Shown here: positions 1 through 12,751 of the stretch, piece by piece
How positions within the stretch are numbered: position 1 is the first letter of the stretch
How the letters are laid out: the number at the start of each line of letters is the position of its first letter
NCBI GenBank assembly: GCA_965202585.1
Contig: OZ241834.1
Location: 37,262,001-37,326,000 of the forward strand
DNA length: 64,000 nt
Origin: Thalia democratica
Taxonomy: Eukaryota
Direction: 5' to 3'
Position numbers and translations under genes: made by a program
The notes under the pieces: model-generated
What the model saw: only the letters and a program-made list of their open reading frames with translations
Told to the model about the DNA's origin: nothing
Databases searched by the model: none

Positions 1-2108
1 CTATAAACTTCGCTAAAAAGCCTACTAAAGTCTTTAATTCAACTCTACGTTCAATATTTCAACTGATTTCTGCAACATTATTCATAACTTCCTAAAAATA
101 TCCAAACTAGCTCATGACTTTAGTTATACTAAAATGATGATCCTTCTTTTTTTCAAAGAACAAACCGAAAAAAACTTTCGGTTATCGAGTAGTACACCAC
201 TTGGATACAGTTTAACGTCTTGTCCAGGACACCTAATACTAATGCTAAAAGTAATGTTTTTTAAAGTATATATAACTGATTATATATTGGAACTTAAACA
301 AAAAAAAAACAAGCAGCAAGTTTAATTAATAAATATCCTAAAAGATTAATTAAAACTTTTTTGTATATAAGAAAATTTTTGTTTTGGAATATTTTGTTTT
401 GTACATACTAAAGTTTTTGTTTTTAATAAACTTGTTAATCATGAAATAAAGTTTGCTTTCAAAGTTTTTTTTTTAAGGTAGAAAAGTACTACACTATAAT
501 TGTTTTTATAAACTTTCAAAAGTATCAGTTGTACTAAATGGCAAATTTAAACTTGACTTTTAGTTAATAAGCAATCAAAAAACAAAAGTCAGCACGAACA
601 AAAATATTTAATAAATCAGGTACCTTAAAATAAAAACTAAATTAAACACCAAACAGTATTTCTAAACTAATACTTAACTTCAGCTTATATGGATTAAAAT
701 ATTTTATTTTTATGCATTATTTTTTCCGAAACAAAACATTCTTTTGACATTATCAAAAAATTTAGTATAGTTAAAACATAGTTATCACATAATAAGTTAA
801 GTAGGAAAACCTTTTCCTTTTTTTTTTTTAGATCTCTAGGTGTTTATTTAAGGACTTATAATTTTTATATAGACTTTCTCAAACAACTACATATAAATGT
901 TTTTCATTATATTTCAATGTGTAAACTAAAAAACTCTGTTCAGCGTCGTTATTTAAAAGTTTTGCTAATGACAATTTTCGATTAACTCTGACAATTAAGT
1001 TTAGAAAATGTACAAACAATTAAGTTAAAAATCAAAAATTCTTGCTTAAGTAGACTAGAAGAAAATATATTTTATTTAGAAAATCTTGAGTTAATAAAAA
1101 GGCTGCCTTTTTTTAACTTTACAAAAACAATATGTACTAACTATATGTAGTAATTGAATAAAAGTCATTTTGACTGTAAAGAAACTTTAATTAATAATTC
1201 ACCAAACTGTTGATTAGTACTTAATTTATTGTTGCTGTCTGTGAAATAATTGATTATTAACTATTTTAAACTAGTTTTTGTGTCATTTTTTAAATTAAAA
1301 GCTTGACAACTTTTTAAGAAGTAGACTAGTATGGTATTTAACATAATTTTACATCACAGACTTTTTTCAAAAAAAATTCTTATACTACAAAACTTTTAAA
1401 GCTAGTTGTTGAAAACTTTAGCAGTTAAAACTTTAATTTAACATGTATTAGGTAAAAACAAAAAATAATAATAGAAAATGTTTTGCTTACTTAAAACAAA
1501 AGGATAGAAATTATTAAAGAAACTTATGCTAATAAAAGTGTTGTTATTCTTTTAATTTAACAAAAACATTAGAAGAACATGTATCAGTTTAAAAATATAT
1601 TTTATGATTTAGAAGTTTAACTATCACCTGATGAATTTAACAAGACAAAAATATCTATTTTGACTTGTAAACTAAGATGTTGAATTTTAATTTGTCTTAA
1701 TTGAAGTCTATAAGATTAGTTATCTTAAAACTAAAACTGTTGTATCTGATAACATTTTTATAACTAAAGTTGACAGTTAAAAGATTAATGTATTATTTAG
1801 TCTAGTATTTTTTATAACTTACCCTTTAAGTTGTTGAGAAAAAGCTTGGTTTATTAAAAAGCAACTAAAAAAGTTGTAATTTTTTTTAATTTCAAGTATA
1901 AAACTCTAAAAACTTTGCTTTAACCAGTTAATTAAAACTTAATCTTGAACATTTCTATTATCACTTATTTAAGTTTTTTGATTGTTGTAAACACAAATTT
2001 TCTATGTATTTTTATAAAAAACTCAATATTTTATTCCATAGCTACAAAATATAGTACAACTGCTTAAATTTTACTGCGACTTACCACTTCGTCCAATAAT
2101 CATTCAAG

Positions 2109-2321
2109 ATGACAATCACACTAAATAATCCTGTTGGATTTGATGAGGTTAACTGGAGAAAGAGATTCACACAAAAGAAATACATCCGTCAGAGATACCC
2201 CCGTAAAAAGGACGCCCGTCAGAGAGAATATGCAGACAGGAAGCAGCGACGAGAAAAAGAAACATCAAAAAGAAGAAAAGAGAAACTTTACCAGCTCCAT
2301 GTAGCAGTTTTTGATTCATGA
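2109..2321 (+). CDS. Orphan small basic (Arg/Lys-rich) protein, 70 aa
   Basis: ATG-initiated ORF coinciding with a GC-elevated island in AT-rich DNA; no family recognised. Confidence 0.45.
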   Translation: MTITLNNPVGFDEVNWRKRFTQKKYIRQRYPRKKDARQREYADRKQRREKETSKRRKEKLYQLHVAVFDS

Positions 2322-4276
2322 TGATATAGGAAGAATAAGTTAGCTGAAATATTTGAAAGTCCAATGCTATCGATCTCACGTGTTTTGTTTTAATTTTTTG
2401 TTTTAAATTTAACTTGAATAGTTGTGATTATTGTGCTTTAACTTTAACTTGTGCAGAAAGTTAATTTTTTTTCATACTTTATTTTGATGCCAGTTAATTG
2501 TTTTTAAAACTATAAAGATAACTTCCAGTAATTATAATTTCTGAAACTATAATTAAAAGTTTACATTAGTACTTTCCAAATTGTTATCGAATGCTTTAAT
2601 TGTTTATATTTATTGTGAATTGAGCAGAGTTATTTAAAAAAATAGGCAATAAAACTCCATAAAAAACTAAGTCTATTTTGTATAAATAAGCTATGTTCTG
2701 TGAAATTTTGGACGTGTTTAAAATTTGTTGAGACAAATTAACAATTAATTTATAATGGCTAACTACAAACAGATAGAAATGAATTAACTTATAATACGAG
2801 CTATAATTATTTTCTTTAAATCTTCCCGTTTTCTACCTTTAATGCAACGTTTAGCTAATTCAAACTGCGAGTTATTTGAACTTAAACTAAATTATAAACA
2901 AACTAGTTTGAATATGTTATGAGACAAGTTTGTCTTAAAAAGGTGTCATCTTTAAAAGGTATATTATTTGTACAAACCACAAGTCTGCAGTCTATTTTGA
3001 TCTAAAAATGTTGCTAATTCGTGCAACAAAACTACATAATAAATATATAATTGCTGTTATTTATGTTATCACAGCTGCCCTGTAAACCTAACTGCAATTA
3101 TTTAATAATTATACCATATAAATTATAATATTCCATTTTCAATAAGGCTTGAATGCTAAAGTCTCACATAGTAAAAACATATTCTTATAAAAATGATGAA
3201 TTTTATCCCAGGTTATACTTTGAAAAAGTTCTCTGGCAACTTTAAATTTACCAAATTTACCAAGTTATAAACTAACAAAGTGTAGTAACGAGAAGATAAC
3301 ATTCGTGCTATAAAATCTAGATGGAAAATATCAAATACCTGTTTCCTATACAGTATAACCTTATTTACTATTAATGATTTCTTATATCTCCATATTTTAA
3401 TAGTCATGCTATGGTGTTAAAATATAATAAAAACGTAAAGTATACATGTGTTTGAATCGATAACTAAAAGTTGTTTTTTTTTTGTACACTAGGTCAGAAC
3501 TAACTAATTTGTTGATAATTTACTAGTAAACAATATAAAATCTAGCATAAAAAGCTAACTTCGATTATTTTCTATTTGTTTTTCTAAAATGTTAGCGTTT
3601 AAGGTTTCTAACAAAGTTTACTTTCATAATAATCGGAACACGCACGTCATAAAACAGTTAAATATTAATAATACTTCTTTAATGACGAACTTAACTAGTG
3701 ATAATGTTGATATATGGAAATTTTGTTTTCCTGGTTAAACTAATTGTCGAAGTTTAAATAGAATTACATTACTTAAAATTTGTATATTAAAAGTTTGAAA
3801 TAAGTCAGAAAAAATACAAATCAACTTCACCTTCGTTGGAAAGTAAAAATTTATCCAATGCGTTAGGGCTTGTAAGCTTCTAAATTATTTCAAACAACAA
3901 AAATAAGTTTAGTTTCAAATGTTTTTTTTTGAAAACTGCTATGGACAAAACAAATTTTATGCCCTATAATATATAAAGTTGTAATATATTAAGCTTCACG
4001 TTTCGTTTGTAGAAAAGTAAATAAAAATAGTATAAAAAAATGTTTATGCTTTATATTTCAAAGCTTTTTTGTATACAGACGAATTTAAGTGTAACTTTTC
4101 TATTTTGAAGTGTAGTTATTTTATATATTGTTATTAGTCTATGTTTAAAACTTTAAGCGTAATTTTAGATAAATACATTACGCATAAAGCTAGTTGAAAA
4201 AGATTAGTTATCTTAAACTTAAAGGCTGTACTGTTTAAGCTTAGTATTGTGATTTTTTATAAGTAATTTAAAACTT

Positions 4277-4392
4277 GTCTTGGACCAGTCATTAAACTGT
4301 ATCCAAGTGGTGTACGACTCGATAACCGAAAGGTTTTTCCGTGCACCAGGTCCTAGGACAAAATATTTTTAGCGCTTTTTTTGTCGTTCAAT
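4277..4392 (+). repeat. Dispersed ~120-bp repeat family (best + strand copy)
   Basis: ctgtatccaagtggtgtacgactcgataaccgaaagg...gtgcaccaggtcctaggac. Other copies: ~165-230(-), 16415-16508(-), 22614-22688(-), 29581-29692(-), 29973-30077(+), 30226-30313(-), 31802-31895(+). Confidence 0.8.
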
Positions 4393-7300
4393 TATACTAA
4401 CCAAAATGTTGTTTCAAAAAGATTTTAAAATTTTGATACTTTTTATGGTTATGTTTTATTCTAGTTGAGGTGTCGGCGGCCTTTTATAAATCACTGGCTG
4501 CTTTGTATAAATAAAGTCTTTAGCTGACCGCAGTTATCTTGAACTTGTTGGAGTAATCAGTATTTAAATACTCTTTTAAACAGTAGTCAGTATTTAATTT
4601 TTTAAACCAAAAATTGCCAAAACTAGAGCACTAGTAAAAAGTAATTTTTTTGATAAAAAGCTCAATTTTTTACCACAAAAATCTTTACTTTTTATTGTTT
4701 TAAAAATTAAGTTTCTCGCTAAAAAATGCCTCGCGGGTCGCTGATTTTTCTATTGCGGGCCGCAGTTTGCCAACCCCTTGGTCTAATATATTTAATTTGC
4801 TTTAAAAATCGTTCAGGGTAGCGTGTAGTAGTTTTTTTTTTGTCCACACCAATTACTAAAAACTTAACAAGTCTAAACATCTATTTTGAAAACTTTGTAC
4901 CTAGATCGACCAAACTAAAGAAAATACTAATGCTTAATATAAATAACTTTAAAAATAACTTGGCAAAATTTTAAGTAGACATTGTCATGCAAAATAATAA
5001 AGTAGTGTTAAAACTTATAATTTTTTTTCGCTGAAGACTTAAAAAAAAACAAACCAAATTTATACGAAACTTCAATTTTAATTTTTTTAAACTATCAATA
5101 CAAATATCACAATTAATTTCAGCTTTTAGTTTTACTTTTTTTTATGGAACGGGTAGCCATATACCTTATAAAAGAATCAAGGCAGAAAGTATTTGTTCGC
5201 AAGATTAAGCAACAAAAAAAAAATATTAAAAGAATTTTAATACGCGAATTATTATAAGTTGATCTTAACAAATATATACATAACTTTTACTTTGTCTTAT
5301 GTTTTCAGGTATCTAACTTTTGTTTCCTAAAATTCTATTACTTTGCAAATAATAGTCAAAATATTCTAGACAAATTTTTTTGTAAAATAACTAATTTCTT
5401 ATATACTAGCGTTGAACAAGTTTCACTATATATATTATAAAAAACTGATAAACTGTAATATTTGTATTGAAAATCTAGTGTGTACAAAATATTTTAATAA
5501 GATTTCTACTATTGACAGCTTTTAAAAAGTTTGGGAATCACTGGTCAATAAAATCAACGCGTTTAAAAACTAATTAAAATTTTATTAAAACTCATTTCTT
5601 ACCAAAAACGTATGTAGATTAATATATATACCAAGATAAAGTACTTATCATTCAACAAAAAACATTATTTTTAGTTTATTATTTCAAATAAAATTTTTAA
5701 TGTGTTTTCTCATACATATGAAAACTTTTAATTAAAAAAATCGTAAAATATCGAACCTTTGTTAAGCATTATTAAAAAAAAACATTTCAAAATAGAACAA
5801 AAACATTTTTTTAAATCATTAATTCTTAGTTACTCGAGAAATTTTCAACTATCTTTACAGACATAACATAAACATCATGTTTTGAATACATATTTCACAC
5901 TTAAATTAGAACCTTCGATGCTAAGTTAAAATTTTATTTTTTAAGTAGCTGTCACAAAAGAATGCATTTATATTTTATGAGATAAAACCGCAAAATAAGT
6001 TCATTAAAAAAATCGCATCACATTTTACATGTGTTCGTACAAAATTTTTAAGTATGATTAATGAAAAAGCTTTTGTTTTGGTTTATCTTTTTCTTGTTCG
6101 AAGTTATTCGTAAAAATTTTCGCATGAAGTTCAAAAAATGTGTATTAAAAAAAAAACGAAAAAAGAAAGCTTTATAAAATCGTACCTCGACATTGAATTT
6201 TATTTTCAAAACTAAAGGTTTAGAACTCAGCAGTTTTAATTTAGAAAAGTAGGTTTGAAGCTTTTTTTGAAATTTGAGTATATTATTTATTCAGCTAATT
6301 TTATGTGTATATCTAAACTTTTTTGTTTAATTAAAGCAAAATTTAATCCGATTAATTTAACTAATATGTTTAGTCTAAATTTTAGTAAAATAAAATATTG
6401 CTCAATACTTTATACTCTTGTATAATAAATACATAATAAAAATTTTGCTTCTTGAATAAAAAAATGAATAAACAAAGACAATTAAAATTCTATTGTTTTC
6501 ATAATGTTAATATACATTTGTGTAAAAGAGATTAAATAGATTATAAATTCATTGTTTAAACAAATTCATTTATTTTTACACAAAGTTTCAAACAGTAGCA
6601 ACTTTTTATATGAACATCTTAAAATTATTTTCTTATATACAAAGAAAGTTTAGTTGAGTAATTTATTTCTAAAATAATAAACTTATAAAATTTTGTTGAT
6701 TAGGATATTAACGGAATTAAATTATTTATATTAACTGTTAATTCACTTTGAAATAAAAACTTTAATAACCTATTTTAATTATATATATTTACAATACATC
6801 AAAACACAATCTAAATTTAAACATAGTTTATTTAATGAGATATAAATTTAAAGTTTAATATTATTAGTAAATTGTTACTAATTAAAATCCTACTTTAGAT
6901 AATTTTTATTACAGTTAAAATTCTAATTACGCCTGGTTATAATGCAACATAATTATGATAAGAAAATTAGTTTCAATTTGGTCAAATTACAGCAAATTTT
7001 ATATTCAACATGATAGAAAAAATTTTAGTTGCACAGATAGTTTATGAAAGAAGTCAGGCAGATATTTCTTATTATAAATATTTGACGTTTTTAGTTTGAA
7101 AATTTTAGTATTAGCTAGTTTAGACATAGCTCATCAAGTAAACTAATAAGTTTAAGCCAACTTAGCTGAATTAAACAGCTCAAATTTAGCAAAACTTTCA
7201 AATGCAAAAATGTTTTAAGTAAGTAGTAAGACATATATTTAGGATTAATAATATTTAACTTATTTAATATACTTGGCTAAACTTTAAGAGTGAAAAACAA

Positions 7301-7997
7301 AATCATGTAATATATATCTAATTATTGTAAAGATTATACAGTAAAGTACAATATTGACAATAAACATTATTAAAATTTTAAAAACAGCTTAAGTTTAAAT
7401 TCAATAGTTCAAAATTTAATAACTATAACCATTGAAAATATATGCAAAACATTAAAATACTGTTAAATATATAAGAAAATGTAAATATTGATACATTTTT
7501 GCATGCATAAAGTAAACTTAGACTAGATAATTGAAAATTCTTATGCTAGTGTATACAAATTATATAATTTTAAAATCATACGAAAACAATAAACATTAAA
7601 ATAAATAAAACCTTTACTTAGTGTACTCATAAAATTGCTTTACATTATATAAACAAGAGCTTTTAAATTTCATACAAAATAGCAAGTAATAAAATATAAG
7701 ACAGATTATCAAAAAAGATATCAATTTATTTTCATGTTTATCGGAACTACTCAAGCGTTAATTTTGCGTCAGTGTGTAAAATCTAAAGTTAATGAAAACG
7801 AGTGTATTGTTTTTTGAAGATTAAGTACAAACTTATATATCGTAATATTAATTGCTATGTTATGCAATTACATAAAAATACACTAAATAACCAAATTTAC
7901 ACAAATGCTTAAAACGTACATTTAAAAAAAAAGCATTGAAAAAACCATGTTAATAATTCAATTTTATTGTTTCAGAATTTTATTTTGAGAATATATA

Positions 7998-8372
7998 ATG
8001 CCACTCAGTCAAGCTATCACGTCACAACAAGGAATTCTAATATTTACAAATCTGATTGCATTGTTAACTTTGTCTTATTTGAGTAACGCGCATCAAGTTT
8101 TGTTCGAATATTGCATCGGAGTTATAAAACAACACGCCGAAACTGAGAGCAGGATAGAAAAATACCAGTGTATCTGTTTACAAGTGTTTATCTTCCTTTT
8201 AATTCTTAAGTCGTTCGAAATCTTATTCCGAGGAGTGATTAGATTCCTGTTTACTTTCTGGGAGAAAAAAGGGGATCGTCTGAAGTTCACAGCAGTCATG
8301 ACGTTTCCCGCTACATTCTACGTTGCTTTTCATTCCTTCGAATATTGTTTGAACAATTACATTGAAAAATAA
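7998..8372 (+). CDS. Small hydrophobic protein, 124 aa, ~3 TM-like segments (cluster ORF1)
   Basis: Intronless ORF, GC-elevated, tttcag acceptor 22 nt before the ATG, AATAAA just after the stop. Confidence 0.65.
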   Translation: MPLSQAITSQQGILIFTNLIALLTLSYLSNAHQVLFEYCIGVIKQHAETESRIEKYQCICLQVFIFLLILKSFEILFRGVIRFLFTFWEKKGDRLKFTAVMTFPATFYVAFHSFEYCLNNYIEK

Positions 8373-8712
8373 ATGACAATAAATAAAAAACAATTTAATT
8401 TTATAAATAGTTTAAATATTTTTACAGCTTACAAGTTGTATTTTATTAGTAAACGTATTGAAATTATTTATTTTAATTATAATTACTTTTGTTTCTACTA
8501 TTTAAAATTTAAATTGATTATAATTAGTCAAGCGCTAACTTTACTTTGATGACGTAATAAATCACTTTGCTTAAGAATTTAATGTAAGTTGTATTTGCTT
8601 CTAAAATAAAGTGTGTTTATGACAATATAAAAGTAAATAAATTATTAACAAAGTAGAAATTGTTAGCACACCAATTGAATTGATTTTTTCAGAACTTTTT
8701 ATAAGTATAACA

Positions 8713-9045
8713 ATGGATCTAAACAAACTTCTGAAAGCTTTGCAGCTGCGCCTTGCTTTGATGATCACGGCGGTGGCCATCATGAAGATCACCCAAGCGG
8801 ACGCGGATAAGTTTGGAGAGTTGGTGATTGGCGTTGCTGACTACGTAGAGCACCCGAACTTAAGACTAGCCTACCTATACGGGCTGGTGATCGTTGCGGT
8901 GCTGTCTGCTAAGTGGCTGGCGAAGTGCTTATTGGAGTTCCACAGCCAGTATTGGACGCGCATGTATGTAGAACTGAAGTTGATCGCAGTACTGCACACC
9001 ATTTGTGAACTGCTCATCCTGCAATATTACGTTAACGGACATTAA
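8713..9045 (+). CDS. Small hydrophobic protein, 110 aa, 2-3 TM-like segments (cluster ORF2; ATG at 8713)
   Basis: GC-elevated ORF, ttttcag acceptor 20 nt before the ATG; motif KITQADADKF shared with ORF3/4. Confidence 0.7.
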   Translation: MDLNKLLKALQLRLALMITAVAIMKITQADADKFGELVIGVADYVEHPNLRLAYLYGLVIVAVLSAKWLAKCLLEFHSQYWTRMYVELKLIAVLHTICELLILQYYVNGH

Positions 9046-9235
9046 AATTATTATTTTTATTAAAATGTGTTAGGATTGCAAATTATTAAATAATTTGTTT
9101 GTAATAAAGCTTTTTTAGTTTTATTATTTTTACAGTGTAACTTTTATTAATGTATTAGAACTTTTTATACTAGATAAAATGTAAATACTAACAATATATT
9201 TACTCAACTTTTTAGGACTTACTATAATCACTACA

Positions 9236-9487
9236 ATGGCTTTTGACATGAGATCAGCTTTGATTTTGGCAATAGGCATGTTCCTTCGGGTCAACCAAAT
9301 TGACGGGGAGAAGTTTCAGGAGATTCTGAGAAAATACGGAGATGAAATTGAAAGCCCGGCCGGAAAAGCAGTCTTCCACTTCTGTTTAGTTGCTTTTCCC
9401 ATCTGGCTTTCCTACAAGCTGGTCAAAGCGATGATCACGCTTTTTCGCAACGGAGTTCGGGTAGGCCTCATCGTGCCTGTTGAATAA
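9236..9487 (+). CDS. Small 2-TM protein, 83 aa (cluster ORF3)
   Basis: GC-elevated ORF; tactaac branch site plus ttttag acceptor 20 nt before the ATG; motif RVNQIDGEKF. Confidence 0.7.
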   Translation: MAFDMRSALILAIGMFLRVNQIDGEKFQEILRKYGDEIESPAGKAVFHFCLVAFPIWLSYKLVKAMITLFRNGVRVGLIVPVE

Positions 9488-9860
9488 ACAATGCATAGAA
9501 CTTTAGTACTTTGTATTTGACTTTTAAGTTGTTTAGTATAACGTTAAAATATTTTTATTGAGACGTTTTGTTTATTGAGTTGTAAAGTTGCTTTTTATAA
9601 AGTTTTAAGTTATTTTATAATTTATAATCAACATTAGAGTACTGACAATAACATATCTTTAAACACACATGTCATTATGTATTATTTAATTTGTATATAA
9701 CTTAAACAGACAGTTTATAAAACTTTATTTTACTCGTAAGACTAACAACTTTTGTTATTTTACATACATGTTTTGAAAATTAATTTAAATCAAGTACTTG
9801 GTATATGCTAACAAAAATTAATACTTAAATCATTTTAGGACTTACTATAAAAATATTACA

Positions 9861-10148
9861 ATGATTTTTAAGAACCTCTGTTTTCTATTAGCATTGGTTT
9901 TCCTAATGAGCTGCAACCAAAAGGACGCGGAGAGACTCGAGAGAGTTTACAACACTTGGGAAAACGAAGTAGAAGATCGGAATCAGCGCGTAGCCTCCTT
10001 TTCTAGCTTCTACGTGCTTCTACTTTTCGCGTATGCAACAGTGTGGGTCATTGTGAGGAGTTTGATTGTCTGGTTACATACCGAGGCCAGTGAGGAATTT
10101 GTTGCAGATGCACCTGTAGAAGAAGAACAGTTTATAGTAGAACAATAA
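9861..10148 (+). CDS. Small 2-TM protein with acidic tail, 95 aa (cluster ORF4)
   Basis: GC-elevated ORF; tgctaac plus ttttag acceptor 22 nt before the ATG; motif SCNQKDAERL; leader shared with ORF3. Confidence 0.7.
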   Translation: MIFKNLCFLLALVFLMSCNQKDAERLERVYNTWENEVEDRNQRVASFSSFYVLLLFAYATVWVIVRSLIVWLHTEASEEFVADAPVEEEQFIVEQ

Positions 10149-12450
10149 CTATGTTTATTGTGAACACGTTTTGTTTACTAACTGTATAAAAAGTGTTTTT
10201 TTTAAAGCTGTATATAATTTTAAACTTGAGTAACTTTTTAAACTTTAATACTAACAATATCTTTTTTTATAACATATACTTATTTTTTGCTTTATTTGTA
10301 TATAGCTATAAACAGTCAGTATATAGAACTTTATCTTACTCATATTAACAACTTTAGTTATTTACAGCAGCTATTTATAGTAAAATATGCAATATTTTTT
10401 TTTCCTTGTCAATCTATGGTTGATGGGTAGAATTTTCAGGTAAATTTAATTGTAAATAGAATAATTTTTCAAGGTCCTTTTAAAGACCACCCATTAAAAT
10501 ACTAAACATTAAATAAAAACTTTAAAATTATTATTTAAAAACAACCGTGGCTTTTGTTTTTAACAAAAAAGTTTTTTTTTGTTTTTTTGTAAGCTACAAA
10601 ATGGGAATAGTGGTTGTTATAAGAATTAACTTTTACTTCTCTTTTTTAAATAAAATTTCTTATTTTTTTTAACAAATGAATGAAAAACAATACAGTAAAT
10701 ACAAAACAACAAAAATTAAACAAAAAAAAAGTTATTCTTATGACTTTTTTCCCACCTTTACTGGGTTTTGATTTCATTTGTTTTTTTTAAATACTTGATG
10801 TACAAGAGAAGAAAAGTTATATCTTATAACCATAAACCACAAATAATAATTACTATAAGATTTTATTTAATTAAAAACTTTAATCATTTCGTAAACAAAA
10901 AAAAAATTATCACGTAGGTCATATTTAAAATAAACAAGTAATTATAACGTGTTAAGCTTTTTAAAAAACCAAAACGTGGAAGATGAAACAAACGATTTGC
11001 GAGCTATTGTGACGTCATAATTCAGCATCTGAAGATATGTGAGTTTAAAATTGCATGAAGGTAATTCGTTTAAAAGACTGGTCTTTTTAAGAAGGTCTTT
11101 GTAACAAGTTTTAGGACAACTTAAATATTAAGTTGTTAAAAAAACAATAATAACTCTTGAAACGATAAACAGTAAAAATTATTTAACCTACAAATTTTCT
11201 AAATGACTTGAGTAAATTGTGTTCATCATTTAAAAGCTTTTGTGACGTTTTTCAAACTGCATTGTTTTTCAAAATAAACATAATTATGATTAAAATTTAA
11301 TTGCTAATTAGCTTTTAATTTATACATAACTTGTTACAATAAGTCATTGCAAAACATAACTTTGGTAGGAGTCTTTTATTATTATTTTTAAAAGTTTTGA
11401 TTTCTGATACTGCCTTTTAAAGCTAAAACTTATTTTTACTTGTTGCAATTCAAAACTGTTTAGGACTTTAATTTCTTTAATTAGCTTAAGTTTAGCTAAA
11501 CAATTAAAGACTATTAAGTTAGTTTACAAAGTTAAAGCATGGCATTAGAAAATAAATAACTTATTGTAATTATGACTGGTAATTGGTTTGTTGAAAGCGC
11601 AAATTTTTAGTAATTAAACGTTTGTCTATCACAGATAATTCAAGAAATAAAACATTTAGAGTTTATCAAACATCAGAAATATAAATAAATTTCTGTCATT
11701 TTAAACAAAAGCCTAAGAAAAATATAATTAAGATTTAAGTCATTATAACTATAAACGTTATTTTGATGCTATTTAAAATTTTCATTCAGTATTCCTAACA
11801 CAAACAGACAAACTTAAATTAATTAATCAGTTTAGGGTTCGAAAAACAAAATTTGATAAAGCAATTCAACATGTGAAACCACAAAACGGAGTGACGTAAT
11901 AATGGACTGATATGACGGTATGACGCAACTAGCCTGCTTAGCAACATGAGTGATGGTGAAAACTCAAAAAAAGCAAATATACATTGAAGAGTTTTGTGAA
12001 AAGTTTTTATATTCTATTAAGACATTTGTTATGTAAATAACTTTAGTAATTAGTGTTTCCTTTGCCATGAGAACCTAAAAGCTTGATAAACTATATAACT
12101 TTAGTAAAATTATGGCTTAATATTACAGCTAATATATGGATAAACTTTCTAAGCTATTTTCTAAAATTTTGTCAGTTGATCAAATCAAGGAAAAACTTTA
12201 TATTTTAAGTAACATAAGTTATTTTATTTAATATTCTTATTAATGAATTCTAAAACTTATAACACTCTAGTTACTTTCCAAAAGATGTACCCAAGAAGCC
12301 TAATACATACATTTCAAACAGTGTTTGTTTTTTATTTATAAGAACTCAATTAAAAAGACACTTAGTATCCATTAAATTTTAAACTTAATGAATTAAAAAT
12401 AAATTACCAAACTGTATTAAAATTTTTTTGACTTTATGTTTGGTCTAAAC

Positions 12451-12751
12451 CAGGGGTTGGCAGCCTTTTTTTACTTATAGGCCAAATTTTTTATTAAAAT
12501 TGCTCAAAGCTGCAATATATAAAAAATTCTCGAGGGCCTCAGATGTTTAAAAATAATTGACCTATAGAAAAATACTATTCTAAAACAAAAATATAGTTAA
12601 TAAGCAGTAGTAAAAATTATTTACTAGAGCCTAATTGTAAGTTTTTATTACAAAGTCTTTTATTTTTAAAGTTAAAAAAAAAGATAGTTTTTAGCTAATA
12701 AGTACCTCGCGGGCCACAGACTTTGACTTTGAGGACCACAGTCTACCCTTG
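12451..12751. mobile_element. hAT-type MITE
   Basis: Starts caggggttggcag, ends ctacccttg; imperfect 8-bp TSD gtctaaac / gtttaaaa; subterminal cgcgggccac. Related ends occur at ~4780 and ~35886. Confidence 0.6.

Noticed and set aside
8093-8792. Minus-strand ORFs 8093-8299 and 8601-8792 (likewise 2167-2379)
   Set aside because: Antisense shadows of better-supported + strand ORFs
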